A stretch of DNA of 64,000 nucleotides from Desulfovibrionaceae bacterium (lineage in GTDB: Bacteria > Desulfobacterota > Desulfovibrionia > Desulfovibrionales > Desulfovibrionaceae): assembly GCA_029011315.1 (NCBI GenBank), contig JAQXLA010000019.1, positions 50,569 to 114,568 on the forward strand, read 5' to 3'. Both the position numbers and the translations under genes were made by a program. Shown here in pieces: positions 45,155-53,273 of the stretch; the stretch's first letter is position 1, and the number at the start of each line of letters is the position of its first letter. The notes below the pieces were generated by a model, which was given only the letters and a program-made list of their open reading frames with translations, did no database searches and was not told where the DNA came from.

Positions 45155-46648
45155 CTACAGATCATGTCCGCAGTAGGACAGGTTGAAGCTTTTATTGCAC
45201 AGCGGAAAATCCGAAATCTGCTCTCCACGCAAGGCCATGGCCAGCCCCATCCAGTTATGAAATGAGGGGTCTGTAATTTTGCAGTGTTCCAAACGCCCTT
45301 CCGCATCCGTTATGCCGATATAGCACACTTCGCCGCGCCAGCCTTCCGCAATACCGACGGCCAGAGCCAGCGGTTTGAGAGGCGTCACCGGCATGCGAAT
45401 TGTGCCGGAAGAACAGGCCTGAAGACGGTGCAAATCTGCTTCAGCCTGCAAAGCGGAATCGTCAAGCTCTGCGCTGCGCACCGCAGTGCGCGCCATGACA
45501 TCACCAGAGGTTTCCGTACGCATGACGATGCGGTTGTCCGTATCTTCCGGATCAGCCGGAAAGCCAAAGCGGGAATCCCGGCACAGTCCGGAAGCCCGCG
45601 CGGCCATACCGACCAGACCGAGACGTTCCGCGACGCTGCGGGACACGCGCCCAGTATGGCGCAGTCTGGCCAAAACCGTCGGAGACCGAAGCATGACATC
45701 TACCGATCCACGGACATCACGGTAGGCGGCGCGGAGACGCGCCATCATATCCTCGCACTCCGCCGGATTCAGATCCCGCAGTACGCCGCCAGGGCAGACA
45801 ATCCCCCTGCCGAAACGGTTGCCGCAGATCGATCCGGTCAGATTCAGGAAATCCCCGCGGATCCGACCATTCCACGATGCCGTGGGCAGAAATCCGGTAT
45901 CGCCCCCAATGGCTCCCAAATCTCCGGTATGGTTGGCGAGCCGCTCCAGCTCCAAAGCGATACGCCGTACAAGACGGGCTCGAATAGGAAGAGAAACCCC
46001 GCTCAGACGCTCAAGCATGGAACTGTACGCCGAAGCATGCGCCACAGAGGAATCACCCGCCGCATTTTCTGCCAGAAGCAGGCTCCGAACAGGCGATGCA
46101 GAACGCATCATTTTTTCGATGCCGCGGTGCTGGAATCCAAGCTGAATTTCCAGATGCATCACCTCTTCTCCGCAGCATTGAAAGCGGAAATGCCCGGGCT
46201 CGATGACGCCCGCATGTACCGGCCCTACCGCCACCTCATGAACTTCGCTGCCTTCAATCCGATAATAGCTCGTTTCTCCGGGACCTGGACGTGAACCGGG
46301 CTGATCAAATCTGCCGCAAAAGCGTACAGGCTTCAGCCATGGATGTCCTTCAGGCACAAGGCCCCAATTTTCATGAAGTTCCCTTTCAAACAGATGCAGC
46401 TGAGGACAGGACGGTGTCATGGACTCAAAATGCCGGAAGACAGGCTCGCTGCGCACTGCAGTGAGCTGATGGTTCGCATCGTCAGCCAGAACCGCAAAGA
46501 GCGCGACACCAGACGAAGCCGGAATGCCGAACAGAGACATCACGCGCCATCCTCTTCCGATCAGAAAAAGCAGTCGTTCGGCAAAAAGCTGAGGACGAAG
46601 CGTTTCGATATCTCGAAGAGAAACGCTCTCCGTATAGGAAAAATTCAT
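45155..46648 (-). CDS. Hydrogenase-4/Ehr large subunit (NuoC/D-like) lacking Ni-Fe ligands (EhrL-like)
   Basis: ERELHE.WG...GHPWLKP, GPVHAGVIEPGHFRF, HRGIEK, ELERLANH, EGWRGE, DPSF.NW; both CxxC motifs absent. Confidence 0.9.
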   Translation of the reverse strand: MNFSYTESVSLRDIETLRPQLFAERLLFLIGRGWRVMSLFGIPASSGVALFAVLADDANHQLTAVRSEPVFRHFESMTPSCPQLHLFERELHENWGLVPEGHPWLKPVRFCGRFDQPGSRPGPGETSYYRIEGSEVHEVAVGPVHAGVIEPGHFRFQCCGEEVMHLEIQLGFQHRGIEKMMRSASPVRSLLLAENAAGDSSVAHASAYSSMLERLSGVSLPIRARLVRRIALELERLANHTGDLGAIGGDTGFLPTASWNGRIRGDFLNLTGSICGNRFGRGIVCPGGVLRDLNPAECEDMMARLRAAYRDVRGSVDVMLRSPTVLARLRHTGRVSRSVAERLGLVGMAARASGLCRDSRFGFPADPEDTDNRIVMRTETSGDVMARTAVRSAELDDSALQAEADLHRLQACSSGTIRMPVTPLKPLALAVGIAEGWRGEVCYIGITDAEGRLEHCKITDPSFHNWMGLAMALRGEQISDFPLCNKSFNLSYCGHDL

Positions 46649-46651
46649 CAG

Positions 46652-48166
46652 TTATCCTCCCAGCAGACCTGCGCCACGGCCGAGAAAATCCGTCAGCCAT
46701 GCCGGCGTGTAGACGCCCATCATCAAACAAAGACAGCCCAAAATCAAAGGCGGCACGATGCTTGCCAGCGGTTCAGGTTCCGAAGTCATGCCCTCCGGCC
46801 GAGTCCCCTGCACCATGCGCAGTACAGGAACTGACATGCCGATAAAAATAATGGCCAGAGCCGCAGAATACAGGACGGCAATCAGAAAGCCACCCGACTC
46901 GAAAATACCTTTCAGAATAGTCAGCTCACTGAAAAAAAGACCGAACGGAGGCGAACCAACAATCGCCAGGAAACCGCCGACCCACAGAGCTGCCGTCAAG
47001 GGCATAACGCGTCGCATTCCGTAAATTTCACCGCAGCTGTAGGTTTTATACCGATCCAGAATATTTCCGGCCAGCAGAAAAAGCATGCACTTTGTCAGAG
47101 AATGACAGATTGCATGAAACAGTGCGCCAAAAACGGCTGAACCGCCAATTCCCACGCCGAGAGCCAGAATGCCCATATGCTCAATGCTCGAATAGGCCAG
47201 AAGACGCTTGTAATGGCGCTGGCCAATGATGAACGCGGCGGCAATGCCCAGCGAAACCAGACCGAAGAAGACAAGCAGACGCGCGCTAAATTCTCCCAGA
47301 CCCGCTGCGGCCATGACCTGGTAGCCTCGAAGGATGCCGAGAAAGGCACAGTTCAGCAACGCTCCGGAAAGCAGCGCCGAAACCAGTGAAGGAGCCTGAC
47401 TGTGCGCATCTGGAAGCCAGTTATGAAGCGGAGCCAGCCCCATTTTCGTGCCATATCCAACCAGAAGGAAAATAAAGGAAGCTTTCAGCCACGGCACGGC
47501 GTAATTGTCCGGACTTGCGCAGACTTCAGCGGCACGCTGCATAAACAGCGCGACCTGATTCATTCCCTCTTCGCCTCCGGATCCCGGAGCATAAAAAGCT
47601 ACGGACATTAGGATATTGCCGAGAAGAGCCAGAGCGATGCCGACGGAACAGATCATCAGATATTTCCAGGTCGCTTCCATAGAATGCCGATGTCTGTGAA
47701 AATAAATCAGCGGCGCGCTGGATAATGTCGTGACCTCAATACCGACCCAAAGGGCACCGAAATGCGGCGTCAGCGTTACCAGCGTCATGGCCGCCAGAAA
47801 GATACACAAGCAGGCTGAAAAACGACGTTCCGGAGCGTTGGTGAAAACCTGACCGCCTTGAATATCACGTCGCTTCTGCTGTCCCATCGCCTCACGACGC
47901 AGGTAATCAATGCCATACACCGTCGCAGCGGCAAACAGCAGACTTGCTATGGCCAGGAACAGAAGTCCAAGCGCATCAGGATTGAGAAGACCGCCCAGGG
48001 CTGAAAGCCTGATGCCGTACGCATCGCAGACCAGAGCCGCCGCTGTCAGTACGACATGAACACCCGCCGTAACCCCCAGACAGACTCGCGAAAAGAATAC
48101 ATTGTCAACGAGCAGGATGAGCGTTCCCGCAAAAACAGGGAAGAAAAGCAAAAGATTCAAAAGCAT
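46652..48166 (-). CDS. Antiporter-like membrane subunit (HyfF/NuoM-like)
   Basis: Multi-TM, LWVGIEVTTLSS, EATWKY, GYGTKMGLAPLHNWLPDAHSQAP, KRLLAYSSIEHMG. Confidence 0.9.
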   Translation of the reverse strand: MLLNLLLFFPVFAGTLILLVDNVFFSRVCLGVTAGVHVVLTAAALVCDAYGIRLSALGGLLNPDALGLLFLAIASLLFAAATVYGIDYLRREAMGQQKRRDIQGGQVFTNAPERRFSACLCIFLAAMTLVTLTPHFGALWVGIEVTTLSSAPLIYFHRHRHSMEATWKYLMICSVGIALALLGNILMSVAFYAPGSGGEEGMNQVALFMQRAAEVCASPDNYAVPWLKASFIFLLVGYGTKMGLAPLHNWLPDAHSQAPSLVSALLSGALLNCAFLGILRGYQVMAAAGLGEFSARLLVFFGLVSLGIAAAFIIGQRHYKRLLAYSSIEHMGILALGVGIGGSAVFGALFHAICHSLTKCMLFLLAGNILDRYKTYSCGEIYGMRRVMPLTAALWVGGFLAIVGSPPFGLFFSELTILKGIFESGGFLIAVLYSAALAIIFIGMSVPVLRMVQGTRPEGMTSEPEPLASIVPPLILGCLCLMMGVYTPAWLTDFLGRGAGLLGG

Positions 48167-48170
48167 GAGA

Positions 48171-48815
48171 CTAATCCCTGAGGCTGCAGAAACGCCCGAC
48201 ATCTGTCGATTCGAACGTACTGCTGATATGGTGGATAGCAATGCCCATGACAAAAACGGCAACAAACACATCCAGCAGGATGCTCAGTTCAAACCATGCG
48301 CCGCCTTCTGTCATCAGCGGAATACCAATCAGAAAAATGCCGTTTTCCGCAGCCATATACCCGATGACCTGCGACATGGCCTTGGTTCGGCATACGACCA
48401 TAATCAATCCGGAAAACAGCGTTGTCAGCGCGGCCGGAAGCAGAAGCGGAGGGAAAAGATCGTGATCGATGGGCAAGCGCATTTCCATCCACAGAGAAAA
48501 ACACAGCCCCGCAAGTCCCAACAAAACCATCCAGGCATAGCTCAGACGCGGAAAGCAGCTGGAACCAATCGCGACGCGCCGCAGCGTGCGCAGCAGAAGA
48601 ATCGGCAGACCGATGCCCTTGATCAACAGGACGGCTGTACCGAGAACCAGCAGATATGTTGCGTTCGATCCAATCGTCATCAGCAACCCGGCAAGCAGCA
48701 TTCCCTGAATTGCAATGAGAGCTACCAGAGAAGGCAGGCGACTGAACCAGAGCAGCCCCAGATTATTCAGCAGCAGAAGAACCAAAAAAGCCTGAAAAAA
48801 ATCTATCGTCATCAT
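48171..48815 (-). CDS. HyfE-like (NuoK-related) membrane subunit
   Basis: Multi-TM, IKG..LP.LL, QVIGYMAAENGIFL, E..ILLDVFVAVFVMGI. Confidence 0.85.
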   Translation of the reverse strand: MMTIDFFQAFLVLLLLNNLGLLWFSRLPSLVALIAIQGMLLAGLLMTIGSNATYLLVLGTAVLLIKGIGLPILLLRTLRRVAIGSSCFPRLSYAWMVLLGLAGLCFSLWMEMRLPIDHDLFPPLLLPAALTTLFSGLIMVVCRTKAMSQVIGYMAAENGIFLIGIPLMTEGGAWFELSILLDVFVAVFVMGIAIHHISSTFESTDVGRFCSLRD

Positions 48816-48830
48816 TCCTAGTTCTCCGTT

Positions 48831-49763
48831 CTATCTCGCAAGGGTCAGAACCAGAGCAAAAGCCGCAAACATCCCCGCTCCGCAAATCAGATGCGGAACA
48901 TAGATGAGGCGAAGACGAGCCATCACAGATTCCACGATGCCGACAGCCACGGCTATGCCGAATACGACGCCAAGATAAACTCCCGTTCTCGTCCAGAAAG
49001 GAACATCCGGCACAACCAGCCCTGCGAGAAGCGCGGCAAAAAACCAGAGCTTTAAGGCCGAGCCATACAGAATGAATGCCAGAGAAGGCCCGGAATGATC
49101 CAGTATCATGACTTCATGAATCATCGTCAGCTCCAGATGCGTATTGGGATCATCGGCCGGAATACGGCAGTTTTCCACAAGCAGGATAATGAACAGCACC
49201 GCCGGGATGAGAAGCAGCTCCACACGATTCAGCACCCAGGCGAAAGCCGGAGCACCATGGAACATGCCGGTCAGTGAAAGATCTGTCGCCGATCCCATAG
49301 AGGAAGCCGCTCCGAACATGGTCAGGAAGCAGAGGAACAGAACCGGTTCGCACAAAGCCGAAAAAAATGCCTCGCGGCTCGTGCCCATCCCTTCAAAAGG
49401 CGATCCCGTATCCAGAGACGAAGCCATCATGGCAAACCGTCCGACTCCAAGCAGATACGCTGCCATAATGCAGTCGCCCTGAAAAGCGACAGGAGAAGCA
49501 ACGCCGCCCAGCGGCAAAAACAGCATGGCGCACAGGACGGAAGCCAGGGAAACAGCCGGACCGATGCGAAACATCGGACCGGTGACTGTTCCGATCACTT
49601 CGCCTTTTCGCAAAAGCTTGGCAAGATCAAAATACATCTGCAAAAGCGGCCGGCCATGCCGTCCCGCCACCTTTGCCTTGACTCTGGCGATAACGCCGAT
49701 CATCAATGGTGCCAGCATGAGGGCAAGCAGCTGCTGCACACCGTACATCATCACTTCGTTCAC
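48831..49763 (-). CDS. HyfC/HycD (NuoH-like) membrane subunit
   Basis: R.GRPLLQ.YFDLAKLLRK, LDTGSPFEGMG.SRE, ENCRIPADDPNTHLELTMIHE.MILDHSGP, ES.MARLR; GTGA overlap with hyfB. Confidence 0.9.
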   Translation of the reverse strand: MNEVMMYGVQQLLALMLAPLMIGVIARVKAKVAGRHGRPLLQMYFDLAKLLRKGEVIGTVTGPMFRIGPAVSLASVLCAMLFLPLGGVASPVAFQGDCIMAAYLLGVGRFAMMASSLDTGSPFEGMGTSREAFFSALCEPVLFLCFLTMFGAASSMGSATDLSLTGMFHGAPAFAWVLNRVELLLIPAVLFIILLVENCRIPADDPNTHLELTMIHEVMILDHSGPSLAFILYGSALKLWFFAALLAGLVVPDVPFWTRTGVYLGVVFGIAVAVGIVESVMARLRLIYVPHLICGAGMFAAFALVLTLAR

Positions 49764-51781
49764 TCGTGCAACCCCCAGATTAGCAGAACGACTACCGTGG
49801 CCAGAATATAGAGAATGTACAGATGGATCCGTCCGTGCTGCAAAATTTTCAACCGTTCTGCCACATCGGCAATACGTTCAAAAAGCGGCGCGTACAACCG
49901 CATTCTCAAGCGATCTTCAGCTTCAATTTCACAGGTTTCTCCGGCAGGAAACAGAGCTTCCCTGCCCGCAAGATGCTCCTTCCTCTTCAACCCCATCAAA
50001 GGCGAAAAAACCCAGGATGCGGGATTGACAAAGGAAATATCCGTATACTGAATGCGTGATGTTCCGTACTGATATCCGCAGCCCCAAACGGCTCCGGACT
50101 GCACGCGCCCCCGCACGAGAAGCCAGCGCACGACGGAAAGCACCGCTACAACAACAATAAGCAGCACACCAAACCACGAAACATAACGCAGAGCCTCTGA
50201 TACGACAGAAAGACTGACTTCCGCTTCAGCCAGCTGAGCCGCCCCCAAAGGAATCAGCTGCATAACAGCTCCCTTCGTCAAATGAAACGGCGCTTCCGCA
50301 TACAGTCCTCCGAACACGCACAAAGCTGCGGGGATCAGAAGAGGCCAAACAGTGAGCAGTCCGCCGTGTTCTTCAAGATTCTCCGCAAAGGAGGAACGAG
50401 GCATTCCCTGAAAAACGGATCCGTAGGCTTTCACGAATGTCACAACGGCCATGCCGCCAACCAAAGCCACGCCAATCAGAGCTCCCAGCAGACCAATCTG
50501 CTGTCCTACTCCCGGAAGCTCAGAGCCCTGAACCATCGTCAATGCCAGCACCAGTTCACCGCAGAAGCCGTTAAAAGGAGGAAGACAGGCGATGGACATC
50601 GAACCAATCAGGAACAGTCCGCTCACCAGCGGCATCTGCTTCTGCAGACCGCCGAGCAGATCCATGCGAACTGTCCCTGCGGCATGCAGAACCTCTCCGG
50701 CACACAGGAAAAGAAGACCTTTGAACACCGCATGATTCAGCATATGGAACAGCGAAGCCGACATGCCGAGCACGGCAATGGAAATATTTCCAGACAAAGA
50801 GCCTATCAGGCCGCAGGCTGCACCAATCAGCATGATGCCCATATTTTCAACACTGGAATACGCCAGCATTTTCTTCAGATTCGACTGTGCCGAAGCTTTA
50901 AAGATGCCGCAGAGCGCTGTCGTCAAGCCCAGTCCGAGCAAAATCCAGCCGCTCCAGATCGGCAGCGATGCTCCCAGAAAGTCCAGGGAACGAAGCAGAC
51001 CGTACAAACCAGCATTAATCATGGCACCGGACAGAAGTGCTGAGACATGACTCGGCGCGGCGGGATGCGCTTCAGGAAGCCAGACATGCATGGGAAACAG
51101 TCCGGCTTTTGCACCGAATCCGATCAGGGAAAGTGCCGCCAGAACCATTTTTAAAACCGGTCCGGGCTCAAACTGAGACAAATCTGTAAACGATGTCGAT
51201 CCCGAAGCCTGCCACAGCAGAGCAAAGAATGCGATCAGAAACACAGCTCCAAGATGCGCAGCTGTCAGATAAATCCAGGACGCTCTGCGCACTGCGGCCT
51301 TTTCATCATCAAAATCAATAAGGAAAAACGGAGAAACCGACATGATTTCCCAGGATATCAGGAATAATATCAGATCCCGGGATGTCATCACCAATGCCAT
51401 GCCTAAAATCAGCAGAGCATAGAACATCCAATGAATGCCAAGACTGTGCTCCCTGGAATCCTCATGCCGAAAAGCGATACGGCCGGAAAACGCACAAACC
51501 AGACCGAGACCGAAAACCGGAATCAAAAAAATCCGACTCAACGGATCCAGTCCAATTCGAAAGCTGCCAAAAGGCAGACCCCATGGCATGCCGCAACTTT
51601 CCTGAGCATTCCAGCCAAAACACAATGATGCCAGGCCAAAGGCGCATCCGGCAGCTATGGCAAGTGAACCGAATTTTGGAACAAGGTGAAACGCCGGAGA
51701 TGCCGGACGCAAAAGTGCCGAAATTCCACAGGCCGCTGCCGCAAGCGTCAGAATTCCTATTGCCGCTATAAAAAAAAACAT
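49760..51781 (-). CDS. HyfB (NuoL-like) antiporter membrane subunit
   Basis: FLISWEIMSV, GFGAKAGLFPMHVWLPEAHPAAPSHVSALLSG, LKKMLAYSSVENMG, H..NHA.FKGLLFL, LPPFNGF.GE, W.CGY, RIQYT; AGGAGG 6 nt upstream. Confidence 0.9.
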   Translation of the reverse strand: MFFFIAAIGILTLAAAACGISALLRPASPAFHLVPKFGSLAIAAGCAFGLASLCFGWNAQESCGMPWGLPFGSFRIGLDPLSRIFLIPVFGLGLVCAFSGRIAFRHEDSREHSLGIHWMFYALLILGMALVMTSRDLILFLISWEIMSVSPFFLIDFDDEKAAVRRASWIYLTAAHLGAVFLIAFFALLWQASGSTSFTDLSQFEPGPVLKMVLAALSLIGFGAKAGLFPMHVWLPEAHPAAPSHVSALLSGAMINAGLYGLLRSLDFLGASLPIWSGWILLGLGLTTALCGIFKASAQSNLKKMLAYSSVENMGIMLIGAACGLIGSLSGNISIAVLGMSASLFHMLNHAVFKGLLFLCAGEVLHAAGTVRMDLLGGLQKQMPLVSGLFLIGSMSIACLPPFNGFCGELVLALTMVQGSELPGVGQQIGLLGALIGVALVGGMAVVTFVKAYGSVFQGMPRSSFAENLEEHGGLLTVWPLLIPAALCVFGGLYAEAPFHLTKGAVMQLIPLGAAQLAEAEVSLSVVSEALRYVSWFGVLLIVVVAVLSVVRWLLVRGRVQSGAVWGCGYQYGTSRIQYTDISFVNPASWVFSPLMGLKRKEHLAGREALFPAGETCEIEAEDRLRMRLYAPLFERIADVAERLKILQHGRIHLYILYILATVVVLLIWGLHE

Positions 51782-53134
51782 TCATGACCTCCTAAGAGTC
51801 TTTTTCTGCCACAGCAGGAACAGACCCAGAACCACGACAGTAGCCAAAAAATCCGAAGCCGGAAGGCTGTACCAGATTCCGTCAACCCCAAAATACCTGG
51901 GCAGAATCAGCAGACAGGGTACAAGAAAGCCCATCTGCCGCAAAACCGAAAGAAACATCGCCAAATACGCGCTGCCAACGGCTTGAAAAAAATTCGCCAG
52001 CACAATCTGGATTCCGACCAGAGGAAACATCAGCGATCCAAGACGCAGCCCATTCACCGCAGCCTCAAGCAGGACGCCGGGTTCGGTAAACATGCCAGAA
52101 ATCTGCCGTGGCAGAAATACCCCGAGGATAAAGCCGAAGGTCATAATTATCGTGCCGGCAATCAGACCCAGCTTCAGCGCATGAAACATGCGATCCAGCT
52201 TTTTTGCACCGAAATTGTATCCGATAATGGGCTGAAGGCCATAGGACAGCCCCAGAACAATCATCAAAAACAGAAAATGAATTCGATTGATGATGCCAAA
52301 CGCGCCTATTTCCAAATCTCCGCTGTAATTTTTGATAGCGGAATTGATCACGGCGACAACGGCGCATCCGCACAGATTAACAAAAAACGGTGCCATGCCG
52401 ATAGAAATAATGCCGATGAAAATATCCTGACGCAACCGGAAAATGCCCCGTTTAAAACGCACAACAGGCAGGGATCCCGCAAAATGCAGCACACAGCGAA
52501 GAACACCGCAGAATTGGGAAAGCACCGTTGCGGCGCCGGCACCCACCATACCCCATTTGAAAACAAAAATGAACAGAGGCGCCAGAACAATATTCACTGC
52601 AACAGAAAGCAGCAGGACGGACATTGCCCGATACGGATAGCCTGTAGCCCGGATAAGGTGGGACAAATTGAAAAAGGTGTATGTTACCGGAAGGCCGAAT
52701 ATCTGTATAAGAATAAAATCTCTGGCATACGGAAGCGTTTCCTCACTGGCACCGAACAGGGACAGCATGTCGTCCAGAACAAGCAGCTCCAGCAAACCGA
52801 AGATCAAACCGAATAGAATATTGAGCACAGTGACATTGCCAAGAACATTTCTGGCCTCTTCAGGACTGCCCTCGCCAAGACGAATCGAGCTGACAGACGC
52901 CCCTCCGATTCCTACCAGCGTACCGACTGCAGCCCCAAGATTCATTAGAGGAAAGGCCAGAGCGACGCCGACAATGCCCAGATCTCCGATACCGCGGCCG
53001 ATAAAAATGCTGTCAATCACATTATACAGCGACACGGCCACCATGCCGGCAATAGCAGGCAGCGAATACTTCAGCACCAGAGAACCAACGGGATCCTGCC
53101 CCAATGCAACTGTTTCATCTGAATGTTCCGCCAT
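51782..53134 (-). CDS. MATE family efflux transporter (MepA-like)
   Basis: LG..PVG.L..KYSLPAIAGM, LYNVIDSIFIG, NIVLAPLFIF.F.WGM.GAG.AT..SQ, QPIIGYNFGA; about 12 TMs. Confidence 0.93.
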   Translation of the reverse strand: MAEHSDETVALGQDPVGSLVLKYSLPAIAGMVAVSLYNVIDSIFIGRGIGDLGIVGVALAFPLMNLGAAVGTLVGIGGASVSSIRLGEGSPEEARNVLGNVTVLNILFGLIFGLLELLVLDDMLSLFGASEETLPYARDFILIQIFGLPVTYTFFNLSHLIRATGYPYRAMSVLLLSVAVNIVLAPLFIFVFKWGMVGAGAATVLSQFCGVLRCVLHFAGSLPVVRFKRGIFRLRQDIFIGIISIGMAPFFVNLCGCAVVAVINSAIKNYSGDLEIGAFGIINRIHFLFLMIVLGLSYGLQPIIGYNFGAKKLDRMFHALKLGLIAGTIIMTFGFILGVFLPRQISGMFTEPGVLLEAAVNGLRLGSLMFPLVGIQIVLANFFQAVGSAYLAMFLSVLRQMGFLVPCLLILPRYFGVDGIWYSLPASDFLATVVVLGLFLLWQKKTLRRS

Positions 53135-53169
53135 ATGGCATTCCACCCCTCAAACACATTGACATTTTC

Positions 53170-53228
53170 AAGGATGGAAAAGGCACGAAACTCCTGCTTG
53201 TGGGAGTATCCGTGCCTTTTCCATCCTT
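53170..53228. terminator. Long hairpin between ppiD and MATE
   Basis: Perfect 18-bp inverted repeat AAGGATGGAAAAGGCACG / CGTGCCTTTTCCATCCTT, plus inner ACTCC/GGAGT. Confidence 0.6.
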
Positions 53229-53273
53229 ATCAGGCGTTCCACGCCTCTTCCGGAAAAAGAGGCGTTTCCCTGA

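Noticed and set aside
45155-46648. Functional [NiFe(Se)] hydrogenase with selenocysteine read-through
   Set aside because: The N-terminal CxxC is missing outright, and the ORF ends after CGHDL directly before the next gene, with no in-frame TGA at a ligand position.
53147-53273. FMN or other riboswitch ahead of the MATE gene
   Set aside because: No conserved aptamer sequences are recognisable; the gap is almost fully explained by one long hairpin.
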